NCBI GenBank assembly: GCA_965208675.1
Contig: OZ242351.1
Location: 3,808,001 to 3,872,000 of the forward strand
DNA: 64,000 bases
Direction: 5' to 3'
Source of the DNA: Candidatus Poribacteria bacterium
Lineage (GTDB): Bacteria; Poribacteria; WGA-4E; PCPOR2b
The position numbers and the translations under genes are program-made. The number at the start of each line of letters is the position of its first letter. Within the stretch, counting starts at the first letter, position 1. Positions 1-10,600 of this stretch are shown here, in pieces. The notes beneath the pieces were generated by a model. It was not told where the DNA came from. It made no database searches and saw only the letters and a list, made by a program, of their open reading frames with translations.

Positions 1-336
1 GGTATCACCACGCTGGAACAACTCCTAAAAACATTGACGCCCAAAAAGACCGCGTTATTGCCCAATTATCCCAATCCATTCAATCCTGAAACATGGATAC
101 CTTATCATCTGTCCAACGACGCGGACGTACAGATATCTATTTACGATATGAAAGGAGTGTTAGTGCGTCGGTTGGACATTGGACATCAAACGGCAGGCTA
201 CTATACGGATCGGACGAAAGCGGCGAATTGGGATGGGAAAAACGAATTCGGTGAGGATGTAGCGAGCGCTGTGTATTTCTATCACCTGTCCACCCGAAAG
301 TATTCCGCCGCACGGAAGATGCTAATTCTGAAGTAA
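1..336 (+). CDS. 3' end of an exported protein; C-terminal FlgD-Ig / T9SS-type-A-like sorting domain (partial, starts upstream of window)
   Basis: Frame is open from base 1: GITTLEQLLKTLTPKKTALLPNYPNPFNPETWIPY...ARKMLILK; paralogous to the tails of 359..2710, 7605..12020 and 14055..16745. Confidence 0.85.
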   Translation, partial: GITTLEQLLKTLTPKKTALLPNYPNPFNPETWIPYHLSNDADVQISIYDMKGVLVRRLDIGHQTAGYYTDRTKAANWDGKNEFGEDVASAVYFYHLSTRKYSAARKMLILK

Positions 337-358
337 TGCAAAAAGGAGACTGAATCTC

Positions 359-2710
359 ATGAAAAGAGCAACCTTTTTCATTTCAATCATACTTATTTTT
401 TCAAGTATCGGTTTACAAATCATTCCCGCTCAAGTCGTCTTTGAACATGGTGATGCCGTTCTTTCAGTGGCGTTTTCGCCGGTGGACGATACACTGCTCG
501 CCTCGGGATCGCTAGATAGCACAGTGAAGTTATGGGATGTCGTGGCCCAAACAGATGCCGCTACACTTGCGGGGCATGCCGCTGCGGTAGGGTCTGTCGC
601 TTTTTCACCCAACGGCATGTTGCTCGCTTCCGGGTCGTATGATGGCACAGTGAAAATATGGGATGTGAACGCCCGCACAGATATCGCCACGCTTGACGAG
701 GGTGCGGTTCCCATCACCTCGGTGGCGTTTTCGCCCGATGGTACAACCGTCGCTTCGGGAGCCGCAGATGGGATGGTCAAGTTGTGGGATGTAGAGACTC
801 ACCAAAATACTGCTGCATTTGGCGGATATGATGCCGCAATTATTGAAGAGGGAGGGTGGCTCACATCTGTGTCGTTTTTGTCCAATACAACCCTCGCCTA
901 TGGAGCAATAGATAGCATCCAGATGTGGGATATCGCGGCTGCCGAAAATCTCACGGAAATTGACCTGCCTGACGATCTTGTGATTTCAGTGGCGTTTTCG
1001 CCGGATGGCGCAACCCTTGCCGCCTCTTCAGCGAATAGCGTCATCCAATTGTGGGAGGTCGAGACCGGGAGAGATGCCGGTACTTTGCATCTGCCGAGTG
1101 AATATTTCTTCCCGCTTCCTTTTTTCTCCTTTTCATCCGACGGAACCTTGATTGCCGCCACACATGACGAAAACATAGGACTGTGGGATGTCGAATCCGG
1201 CACGCAGATGAATACACTGTTCGGGCATACGGATGTTGTCCGGTCTGTATCCTTTTCAAGTGGTGGATCGCTCGCCTCCGGGGCATTGGATGGCACAGTG
1301 AGGTTGTGGGATGTGTCGCTCGCTTATGAACCACAACCAACACAGGACACGTTAGTCGCATCAACAGCGTTCCCCTTGACGGAGGCAACCCTGCCCGGAA
1401 GCGTTGTTACACTTACACTCACCGGTCATCTGTTTGTTGATGACGAATGGGTTATCGCAGAAGCAATTTCAGTTTCTGGTGTTGATGGGGTTACTGTTAG
1501 CGCGGGTTACTTCGATTCCTTCGGCGCGGAACGCGTAAGCGACACAAATGTAACGGTGCTACTTGAATTCGACGGCACTGACTTTGATGCTGATGCAACA
1601 CTCGCTTTTTCCGTGGGTGCAGACGCAATAGTAGATAGCAATGGTCAAGGGTTTACCGCGCTAATCCCCGTCACCGCGATACAGAAATCGAATTCTTCCG
1701 TGAGCATTTCGCCCGCATCGGTCGTATCTCCCGCTGTTGGAGAGAAATTAACGTTCAGTCTCAATATCGAAGGCGGCGAAAACGTCGCCGGCTATCAGGT
1801 AACTGTGTTATTTGATCCAACCGCCCTCAACTATGTGAGCAGGACCGACGGCGACTACGGCGATTACTTGCCCGTGGAAACGTTCTTTGCGGGCGATGGA
1901 GGGATACTCGCCGCAAAGACATTCGCTGGTGCAAGAAATGGTGACGGCACATTAGCCACCCTCACGTTCGAGGTCAAAGACTTTAAGCCATCCACGGTTA
2001 TCTTATCCAAAGTCTACCTAGTGGATGCAAATGGAGTGCGGTGGGAAGCGGCCATGGAAGACGCAACGGTGACTATATCGCCAGAACCCGCAGAAGCAAT
2101 CTTTGGGGATATCAACCGCGATGGTATAGTAAATACCCAAGATTTGGTAATCGTTGGTGCCCGACTCGGTCAGCGGGGACAAAACAGTGCCGATCTCAAC
2201 GGAGATCGGCTTGTTGATATAGTAGACCTTGTCCTCGTTGCTAGTGTGTTTAGCGAGGAGGTAGCTGCTCCTTCCTTGTACCCACAATCATTAGAACCGC
2301 TCACTACCGCAGACTTACACCAGTGGATCAAGCAAGCTCAGGGGCTGTACCTTATAGATGCCAACTTGCAAAAAGGTATCCGCTTCTTGGAGCAACTCCT
2401 AACAGTGCTAATCCCGAAAGAATCAGCACTATTGCCCAACTACCCGAATCCGTTCAACCCGGAGACGTGGATACCCTATCATCTGTCAATCGACGACGAT
2501 GTACAAATCTCGATTTATGATTCAAAAGGCGTGTTAGTGCGATGGTTGGATTTAGGGCATCAGGCAGCGGGGTATTATACCGATCGGACGAAAGCCGCGT
2601 ATTGGGACGGCAGAAACGAATTGGGTGAGCAGGTGGCGAGCGGTCCGTATTTTTATCAACTCCGTGCGGGGGAGTATACCGCATTACGGCGGATGGTAAT
2701 CGTCAAGTAA
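359..2710 (+). CDS. Secreted WD40 beta-propeller protein with cohesin-like, dockerin-like and FlgD-Ig/T9SS-like C-terminal domains
   Basis: Signal peptide; repeated VAFSPDG..LASGS.DGTVKLWD units; GDINRDGIVN..DL / ADLNGD..VDIVDL dockerin pair; NYPNPFNPETWIPY tail; RBS AAGGAG. Confidence 0.9.
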   Translation: MKRATFFISIILIFSSIGLQIIPAQVVFEHGDAVLSVAFSPVDDTLLASGSLDSTVKLWDVVAQTDAATLAGHAAAVGSVAFSPNGMLLASGSYDGTVKIWDVNARTDIATLDEGAVPITSVAFSPDGTTVASGAADGMVKLWDVETHQNTAAFGGYDAAIIEEGGWLTSVSFLSNTTLAYGAIDSIQMWDIAAAENLTEIDLPDDLVISVAFSPDGATLAASSANSVIQLWEVETGRDAGTLHLPSEYFFPLPFFSFSSDGTLIAATHDENIGLWDVESGTQMNTLFGHTDVVRSVSFSSGGSLASGALDGTVRLWDVSLAYEPQPTQDTLVASTAFPLTEATLPGSVVTLTLTGHLFVDDEWVIAEAISVSGVDGVTVSAGYFDSFGAERVSDTNVTVLLEFDGTDFDADATLAFSVGADAIVDSNGQGFTALIPVTAIQKSNSSVSISPASVVSPAVGEKLTFSLNIEGGENVAGYQVTVLFDPTALNYVSRTDGDYGDYLPVETFFAGDGGILAAKTFAGARNGDGTLATLTFEVKDFKPSTVILSKVYLVDANGVRWEAAMEDATVTISPEPAEAIFGDINRDGIVNTQDLVIVGARLGQRGQNSADLNGDRLVDIVDLVLVASVFSEEVAAPSLYPQSLEPLTTADLHQWIKQAQGLYLIDANLQKGIRFLEQLLTVLIPKESALLPNYPNPFNPETWIPYHLSIDDDVQISIYDSKGVLVRWLDLGHQAAGYYTDRTKAAYWDGRNELGEQVASGPYFYQLRAGEYTALRRMVIVK

Positions 2711-2727
2711 ACTGCAAGATTGGCAAG

Positions 2728-2766
2728 AGAAACCGAGTTTTTTTCTTCAAAACTCGGTTTCTTTCC
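2728..2766 (+). terminator. Hairpin terminator after CTD gene; near-identical copy at 16750-16786
   Basis: AGAAACCGAGTTTT / AAAACTCGGTTTCT 14-bp inverted repeat directly after the stop codon. Confidence 0.75.
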
Positions 2767-2810
2767 GAAGTTCGGGAAGGGTTCCTCCCGACTCAACTTG
2801 GAATTTCTTT

Positions 2811-2892
2811 GGGTTGGGATCAACCGAACGAATAGATCATCTGAGCGAATAGAGAGGGATCAACCGAGTGGACAACGGGGGCGATAGTCTTT
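2811..2892 (+). repeat. Repeat family A copy (three GATCAACCGA.CGAATAG units + GCGATAGTCTT)
   Basis: Same units recur at 7419, 24407, 27610, 30674 and 31509. Confidence 0.75.
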
Positions 2893-2978
2893 TTCAGATT
2901 TTCGAGGTTAGCTTCCGCCCTCCCACGTTCCGATAACCCGATTGCATGTCCCAATCGAAAACCAACGAAAAGGAGTTT

Positions 2979-3289
2979 ATGATGAAAACGAAAATTGTGA
3001 AATTATGAGTCCCACATTGCTAACGATATTTGGATTTACTTTACCCATTTCCCTCATCTTACCCGTCGTTCCTACTTTGGGAACCAATGAATTCGAGTTC
3101 AGAATGGGATTCGGTATTTCGCACCGTGCTCCAGACGCTGATTCTACTTTTGTCCTTAAGGCAGAAGGAAAGTATCAACGTGTGTTAATCGAAGATGAAA
3201 ACGCTAATGGATTTTCATTTACTATCGGGTTTGGTACTCGGTTTGGAAACGACAAAGCTAGCACCTTTGAGGTGCCAAACACGCAATAG
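2979..3289 (+). pseudogene. Internally deleted, disrupted paralog of the outer-membrane beta-barrel gene at 5169..5798
   Basis: Same RBS/start context (AAGGAGTTTAT.[A/G]TGAAAACG) but early TGA; FGISH N-part is joined directly to the FVL..E..YQR..FS..IGFGTRF C-part. Confidence 0.7.
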
Positions 3290-3369
3290 CGATTTCACCG
3301 CTGCGCACTGGATATAGATTCGGAAGTAGAGGTTTTGATGAAAACACAATACAGAAAGGAACGCTTCAG

Positions 3370-4476
3370 ATGAATAAGTCAAGTGTAATTCTCACAATTG
3401 CCATTACGTTGCTACTGAGTGCCTTCATGGCAGGTTGCGGCGAGGACGAAGCCGATATCGACACTCGCGGCGAGGATAAAGTCGACGTTGACACTCCCGG
3501 CGAGGATAAAGTCGATGTCGAGAGTCTTTATAAAGAATTAGTCGGGACGTATGATTTGTTAATGACAGTACTTACTACAGATGGTGCTAAATTAGTGGCT
3601 GAACCCCCCAACGTTGCCGGAACTATGACAATATCGTCAGATAAAAAAGTAACCATGAAATTTCAAGTGTTTGACTCTTCTGAATTCATCACAGGCTCAT
3701 TTGAAATCCTGCCAGATGAAGGAGTCATGTTAATAGACGTTGAAGCAGGTGATTTAAATCCCAAAGCAACTTATACATATACATGGGATGGCAAAATATT
3801 AACAACGGCAGTAGGCGCTGGGGCCGACGTTGGGAAGCACTTTTGGCGCAAGTTGAACAACAACGTGATAGAACTACAGCCGCCCGAGCCGCAATTTCCT
3901 CCGGAACTGGAATCGGAACCACCACCGCCCTCCGCAGCATTTGTTAGTGCAAATCCCCCGTTCGGTTCAACGATTGCCGTGGATGCAATTATCACCTTAA
4001 CCTTTGACAATATACCCGCTGATGTCACAGTAAACAGTGGTAGAGCTGTTGTTGATGGTAGGACCGTGGTTGTCGAGGGGCCGTTCATCCCAGGTCCTCT
4101 TGAGCTAAAAGTTACATGGGATAATGGATTCGAGACGCTCCGATATATTGTTTTCCGTCCTGACGTTGATCCGCCCGTAGTTACTGGCGCAACCGTCAGA
4201 GATGGTGACAAAGATGTGAATCCCGCCCTTCTTAACAATGATGGCATTGAGATTACCTTCAGTGAAGATGTCACTGGAATCATCGCCCTTCAAACTGAAG
4301 ACGGCGACGATGTCGGTTGGATTGGATGGGTCGAAGGCAACAAAGCGGCACTTGAGGCCGTCAAGGGCAGAGAGATTGGCAACGAAACGACCTATGTTAT
4401 CAAAGGTAAAGTCGCTGACGCTGCCGGGAACGAAACTGAAGTTAATATAACCTTTACAACTATGGGTTTCGAGTAA
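3370..4476 (+). CDS. Lipoprotein with lipocalin-like N-domain, Pro-rich linker and Ig-like (Big_5-type) domains
   Basis: Lipobox MAGC; three 10-aa GED-repeat units; PPEPQFPP linker; I.ITFSE.V..G and V.DAAGN motifs. Confidence 0.75.
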   Translation: MNKSSVILTIAITLLLSAFMAGCGEDEADIDTRGEDKVDVDTPGEDKVDVESLYKELVGTYDLLMTVLTTDGAKLVAEPPNVAGTMTISSDKKVTMKFQVFDSSEFITGSFEILPDEGVMLIDVEAGDLNPKATYTYTWDGKILTTAVGAGADVGKHFWRKLNNNVIELQPPEPQFPPELESEPPPPSAAFVSANPPFGSTIAVDAIITLTFDNIPADVTVNSGRAVVDGRTVVVEGPFIPGPLELKVTWDNGFETLRYIVFRPDVDPPVVTGATVRDGDKDVNPALLNNDGIEITFSEDVTGIIALQTEDGDDVGWIGWVEGNKAALEAVKGREIGNETTYVIKGKVADAAGNETEVNITFTTMGFE

Positions 4477-4581
4477 AATTGAGGCTATTTTGATTGTCTG
4501 AATCGGAGAACACACAGGTTCAGGAAGGACTTGAACGGAAAGAACTTTTATGTCGTAGCATGCGTCCCAGAATCAACAACA

Positions 4582-4725
4582 CTTGGATATTAACCCGCGG
4601 GAATGTATTAGACTCGAAACCGTGCCGCCTATTGGGACGGCAATCCTGTCGCAAGCGGTGTGTCCTTCTATCACCTGCCCGCTGGCGATTTTTACGCCGC
4701 TCGGAAGATGCTCGTCGTCAAGTAG
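4582..4725 (+). pseudogene. Remnant of a FlgD-Ig/T9SS-like C-terminal sorting domain
   Basis: Translates LGY*PAGMY*TRNRAAYWDG-NPVASGVSFYHLPAGDFYAARKMLVVK*; two in-frame stops and a short deletion relative to intact CTDs. Confidence 0.8.
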
Positions 4726-4822
4726 GAAAGGGATTAACAGAATCCATCTCTCGTAGGCGGGCATCTTGCCCCGCTAATTTGCTATTTTATAATCATTGCG
4801 GGTAAAAATTATACATTTACTC

Positions 4823-4864
4823 ATTGGTTTGTGAGAGAGGCTTCCTAGCCTCGATTATCAATCA
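4823..4864 (+). repeat. Repeat family B (REP-like GAGGCT-TCCT-AGCCTC hairpin)
   Basis: TTTGTG.GA.AGGCTTCCTAGCCTCGATTATCAAT also at 12161-12202 and 16898-16937. Confidence 0.8.
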
Positions 4865-5168
4865 GTCGATTCCGCCTTGTGTAATTATGCACCGAAGTGA
4901 CTATATTCCGGATTGAATGTCTTGCGAAAACGGACGATAAATCATTCGTTTTCGCTCTCTGCACCTATGGTATTACAAAATCAGGTTGTAAAGTTACGGT
5001 TATTTTGACACAAACTAGTAATTGTCGTTCCCATAGACAGGGCAGCATGCCACGCACACGGGGAATTAATAGCACTACTACTAATTCCCAATCAACAGTG
5101 GGGGTAATGTCATGGAGACACTTACCCCATCACATGTCACAGTAAAAATTGATAAAAAGGAGTTTATC

Positions 5169-5798
5169 GTGAAAACGCAGCTTGTGAATCAAAGATTTCC
5201 GATGTATGGTTTTTCTGTTTTTGTTTCCTTTGTCTTATCTGTAGTTCCTGCTTCGGCTACTGACTTTGAGGTTGGAACCCAATTTGGAATTTCACACATT
5301 ATTCCTGACGACGAAGATGTTAGTGTGACTTTAACTGAAATACCATCAGGATTGGGCGGGACTATCGGGGTTAGCCCGTCTTCACTGTACACGATGTGGT
5401 TTCCAAATAAGCGGTTTGGTATGGGTCCGGAGTTCCAGTTTGGAAGGTTGTCGGTGACTGAGGAGCATTGGGACGAGAAGCGGACCGAGAGTCTGACTTC
5501 CCTTGTTCTCGGCGGCCGAGCAGTCTACTTTCTGGGTAGCCGCGCGTTGGCTAGTCCTTACGTCCTAGGGCGGGTTTCGTCAAGACATCTTATTATGAGC
5601 GATGCTGATAACGATAGTTCTCTGAGCCTCGGATTCGGTTTCGGTTATCAGTGGCTTATGCGCTCGGCTTTTGTCCTTCGGACAGAACTACAGTATCAAC
5701 GATTGTTTGATGATGAGGCTGGCGGCAACATCTTCTCTTTAAATTTCGGGATTGGCACTCGGTTCAGAAAAGATGATAATCCGGTACCCTTAAAGTAG
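5169..5798 (+). CDS. Outer-membrane beta-barrel protein (OmpA/porin-family-like, probably 8-stranded)
   Basis: GTG start after AAGGAG; signal peptide; alternating hydrophobic strands, SPYV, GFGFGYQW, terminal FGIGTRF. Confidence 0.75.
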   Translation: MKTQLVNQRFPMYGFSVFVSFVLSVVPASATDFEVGTQFGISHIIPDDEDVSVTLTEIPSGLGGTIGVSPSSLYTMWFPNKRFGMGPEFQFGRLSVTEEHWDEKRTESLTSLVLGGRAVYFLGSRALASPYVLGRVSSRHLIMSDADNDSSLSLGFGFGYQWLMRSAFVLRTELQYQRLFDDEAGGNIFSLNFGIGTRFRKDDNPVPLK

Positions 5799-6233
5799 GT
5801 GCCGAAATCTAGGGGTAGACCGTGTAAGAAATTCGAATAGCACGGTTGAACCTGAATTCAACAGGAACATCAAATCGGAAAATGCGTTGACCTCCACAGC
5901 GGGCGTGTCATAAGAACTGCAATGAAGCGTATTCACCTAACGCGAGAGCGCACAGGTGCCATGGCCCGCCCTTACTGTGGATTTTGACGGCTCGTTTTTC
6001 AATACTAAAACCATTTCACTTGAATAAGTAGTGCGAATGATGTCTTTATAATATCATTCACTTACTTCGTAGGCGGGGCATCCTGCCCCACCGACTTTGC
6101 GCGGCGCAGACAAGGTTTCTTCCTCCGCTCCACACATGTTTCTTTGCTTGATCCACGCAATGAACGCACTTGACTTCTAGAGAAATGGGATACGTTGTTG
6201 TACTCAAACCCAAAAGATTAATGAGAGGTTTAA

Positions 6234-7397
6234 ATGAAATCCAAACCGCGCCTGATGAAAATCTTCGACGTAACCTTATTAACGCTTCTGTCCGCATCAC
6301 TTTTTTTCGTTGGCTGCGGTTCTTCTGAAGACGACAACAGCCAGCCGTTAATTGAAACGATTACCGATAAAACGCTTAGTGTCGGAGACAAAACAACGGT
6401 GGAAGTAACCATCACCGATGCAGATGCGGACGACATGCATGTTATCAGGGCATCCTCTGACGCTACGACTGTATCTACTGTCTCGGTAAGGGACGCAACC
6501 CTTACCATCACGGGTAAAGCGGCAGGCACCGCGACTATCACAGTCTCTGCCACAGACGACAGCGGACAAGGCAATGCAGAGGCAATTCCGGTGTCGTTTC
6601 GCGTCGCCGTCGATGAATTTATTGAAAGAGGAACCTGCATCCCTGGAATGACATTGAAACCAGGAGAAAGTTGCAGTTATGGACGGGGGGTAACGTTCTA
6701 TGTTCGTCAAGATGGTACTGTTTGTCGAGAAAGCGAACTACCAGTCTACCGCGAAGTTCTCGGCGTCAACGTTAGGGTAGACAAGATTTGCGGAGATTAC
6801 GATATAGAACGAGATGACTCCTTTGGAACCAACTTTGCTGCCAGCAAAAATCCCGACGGTAGTTGGACTATTGATCAGTCGCCAGACGCTCGAAGTTTGC
6901 CAACCGATGATGTACCCGGTACCCCATGCCAAATTCCGCTTTTAGATCAAGACTTTAAAAGGGCGCCGGTTATATTTGCGTTTCTTGGAAATACGTGCGC
7001 TTTGCTGTCAGATGGAAATTTCGTTGTCTTCGCTTGTCACCCCGTTCCTATAGTAGTGGGTGGGCCCGTTCGTTCACCGACGGAAGCGCGGGTAGAATTT
7101 GGCGGGGGCGACGTTCTTAATAGAGACGGAGCGAAAATCCCGGACGGTGAGTTGACTGAAAGTGAAGTGAGCGACATCATTAAGGGAGTCATAGAACTAA
7201 AAAATAACCGTTCAACGTTCTCGGTTAATGTTCCTAAACAGGATAGTCGTACAATTGAAGGTTTTCGACAGTTGTCAGGATTTATGGCGGTAGGGACTGA
7301 AGAGGTAATCTGTAAATCGGATATAGATAACGCCGTTGTAGAAGAACTTATTGCGCTTGCAGAAGATATGTTCAAGATAATGCGCAACAACCAATAG
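6234..7397 (+). CDS. Lipoprotein with Ig/cadherin-like domain and Cys-containing module
   Basis: Lipobox FVGC; TDADADD...LTITG..AGTATITV.ATD; C..G.TL.PGESC motif. Confidence 0.7.
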   Translation: MKSKPRLMKIFDVTLLTLLSASLFFVGCGSSEDDNSQPLIETITDKTLSVGDKTTVEVTITDADADDMHVIRASSDATTVSTVSVRDATLTITGKAAGTATITVSATDDSGQGNAEAIPVSFRVAVDEFIERGTCIPGMTLKPGESCSYGRGVTFYVRQDGTVCRESELPVYREVLGVNVRVDKICGDYDIERDDSFGTNFAASKNPDGSWTIDQSPDARSLPTDDVPGTPCQIPLLDQDFKRAPVIFAFLGNTCALLSDGNFVVFACHPVPIVVGGPVRSPTEARVEFGGGDVLNRDGAKIPDGELTESEVSDIIKGVIELKNNRSTFSVNVPKQDSRTIEGFRQLSGFMAVGTEEVICKSDIDNAVVEELIALAEDMFKIMRNNQ

Positions 7398-7418
7398 AGA
7401 TAACGTTAAATACAGTTA

Positions 7419-7543
7419 TTGTAGGTTGGGATGAGCGTTCGACCGAGCGAATAACGAAGGATCAAGCGAACGAATAGTGAGTGCGATAGTCTTCGAGTCT
7501 TTACGTCTTCGAGTGTTTACCTCCAGAACCGTTCAACCTACAA
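7419..7543. repeat. Repeat family A element with terminal inverted repeats
   Basis: TTGTAGGTTG...CAACCTACAA ends enclosing two internal units and GCGATAGTCTT. Confidence 0.75.
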
Positions 7544-7556
7544 AACGCAAGACATT

Positions 7557-7588
7557 CTCCTCCTTTACAAGGGGGAGTTAGAGGGGGT
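7557..7588 (+). repeat. Repeat family C (CC.CCTTTACAAGGGGGAG.TAGAGGGGG palindromic repeat)
   Basis: Copies at 16113-16142 (in CDS) and 24687-24718. Confidence 0.7.
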
Positions 7589-7604
7589 AATAGCACTGCT
7601 GCAC

Positions 7605-10600
7605 GTGCGGAGATACTTAATCATGTTCATATTGAACGAACAACGCGGCATTTTTATGATAACTCATCTTTCCCGATTCACCCTGTATGCGATAATAGTT
7701 TACCTCGCAAGCAATACTCCCATTCTGACTGTTGCCGCCCCGCAACCGTCAGGTGAAAATGAGACGCATATTTGCGGAGTTTTTGATTATCCACTCGAAA
7801 AACTACATTCGCGCCGATTCCCCATTCGCCGCTATGCCCGCTCCTTTGCGTCGATATTGAATGCCGGTGAACCGCGCACAGTGCGATTGATTTACTTTAC
7901 TCCCAACGACTGGAAATATCGCGCCGATGTAGTACAGAAGATGAAAAAGGACATTCACACCGCACAGTCCTTCTTTGCCGAGCAGATGGATGCGCACGGC
8001 TACGGGGAGGCAACCTTCCGCGTTGAAGCTGATTCTCAAGGCAATCCAATCGTGCATCACGTGAATGGAAAACACCCCTTCAGTCACTATGACAATTCTC
8101 TTGGTAGTAAGGTGTTTTCTGAACTTCAACAGACATTTGACATTCACGCTAATATTTACTTCATCGTCCTTGGCACAGATGTGCTTCGTCGTGATAACGG
8201 CGTACCTGCAGGGGGCGTCGGATTCAATAGGGGGAAAATTGGCGGAATGGCATTGGTTCCGCTCGATTTTGATTGGGGGACGGTCGCTCATGAACTGGGA
8301 CACGCTTTCGGATTGGGGCACGATTTCCGCGACGGTGCACACATTATGTCCTACGGACCGGGCTGGAATCGGTTATCCGCATGCTCCGCCGAGTTTTTGG
8401 CGGTGCATCCCTATTTCAATCCCGATATCCCAATTGAAAAGGGAGAGCCGCCCATCATCGAACTCGTTTCACCGCGCAGGTATCCGTCCGGTTCGAGGAG
8501 TATTCCGGTTCGCCTCCAAGTCAACGATTCGGACGGCGTTCATCAGGTTCTGTTATCCGCTCAAAGTGCGCTGCAGTCGTGCCGCGGATTGGAAGGACGC
8601 AGAAACAGCATCGCTGAATTCGAGTATAACGGCGGTTTCGGTTTCGATGGATTTACGAGCCTTTCGGAGTCTGCGAGACATACCATTCTTGTGCACGCGG
8701 TTGATACGGAGGGGAATGTCAGTAACACGTCCTTCACCGTTGCGGAACAGTGGGAGTACCACATCGACTCGCTTGAGGGGCACACTGATGCAGTCCGCGG
8801 GATATCCTTTTCGCGCGGCGGGATCCTCGCCTCCGGGGGTTGGGATAGAACAGTCCGGTTGTGGGACGCGGCGAAAAGACTAAACATCGCCACTCTTGAA
8901 GGGCATGTGAATTCGGTCGAATCTATAGCGTTTTCGCCGGTCGGCACGCTAGCTTCAGGAACGGTAGGGGCAATCTGGCTATGGGACATTGCGGCGAAAC
9001 AGAATATCGCCGCTTTTCGAGAACGTACGAGTTATTGGGTTTATGGACTGTCGTTTTCACCCGATGGAAAAACGCTCGCTGCTGGGACGAGTGATAACAC
9101 GGTCGAGTTGTGGAATGTGGAGACGCAACAAAATTTCGATACTCTCCCCCATACAGGTGTTGTCTTCGCTGTGGCATTTTCTCACGACGGGGCAATCCTC
9201 GCATCAGGATCGGAAGATGGCGCGGTCAGGTTATGGGATGCGGCAAATAGAAAACATATTGCCACCCTACCGCATGACGATATTGTTCTTTCCGTCGCAT
9301 TTACGCCCGACGATAGAATCCTCGTTACCGGTGGAAGGGGTGATGTCGAGTTGTGGGATGTCCCAACTAAATCATCGCTCGCCGCTCTGCCGCATGGATC
9401 CACTGTCTCTACGGTGTCCTTTTCGACTGATGGTGATACGCTCGCTTCCGGGGGATGGGATGGAATTGTCAAGCTGTGGGACGTAACGACGAATGAAAAT
9501 TTCGTTACATTCGGCCGCACCAGTTCCATCCATTCTGCGTCGTTTTCGCCGGATGGGCAGACCTTTGCTACCGGTACGGTGGAAGGCACAATAGAATTGT
9601 GGGACGTGTCTGGATTGATGGAGCTTCGTCTTGAAATGTTGGCTGAGGTTGATATCCCAGACCCATACCTACGTGCCGCAATAGCCGAGGCTCTCGGTAA
9701 ACCGCGAAACGCTCACATTCGCCGGACGAACATGGCTAACTTGATTTTGCTTAGAGCAATAAATGCCGGCATATTCAATTTGACAGGGCTTGAGCATGCA
9801 ACCAAACTGACGCATCTGTTCTTTCGGCGCAACAACATCTCGGACATCTCGCTCGCGGCGGACCTGCGCAATCTAACAGACCTGAATCTTGCGGAAAACT
9901 CAGTATCAGATATATCGGCGTTATCCGAGTTGACCAATTTACGGCAGCTAGTTCTTTCAGGCAATTCAATATCGGACATCTCTGCGATAGCAGGTTTGAC
10001 GAACCTGGCACAGGTGAATCTTACGAACAACTCGATATCCGATATCTCTCCGCTAACAGAAAATTCCGGTCTGGCGAGTGGGGATGAGGTTTATATTCGG
10101 GGAAACCCTTTGAATTACCAATCCATCCACACCCATATTCCCACCCTCCAAAATAGAGAGGTTACAGTTGAGTTTGACAACCGAACGCCTCAGCGGATCC
10201 GCATCATTTCAGGCGATGACCAACTGGCATTGCCCGGTACGGCACTAGGAGAACCGCTAGCCGTGGAGGTGCGGGATGAAAAGGGTGTCGTATTTGAGGG
10301 AGTGCCTGTCACATTTACGGTTACGACGGGCAATGGGATACTCCGCACCGCTAGCGCGGCGACAGATTCCAACGGCAGGGCGGAGAGTACGCTAACGTTG
10401 GGACCGAATCCCGGTACAAATATCGTCGCTGTTTCTGTTACCGGAATTCAGGGGGAGCGGACGTTTAATGCGGAGGGCATCGCCACCCCCAAAACATTGG
10501 AGATAATCTCGGGTAATGGCCAACGGGGGCTGCCCGGTGCGAGGCTTGAAAAGCCGTTTGTGGTGGAAGTACGCAATCAGTCCGGAAACCCCTTGCCGAA

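Noticed and set aside
4494-4805. 103-aa ORF
   Set aside because: Off-frame reading across the CTD pseudogene remnant
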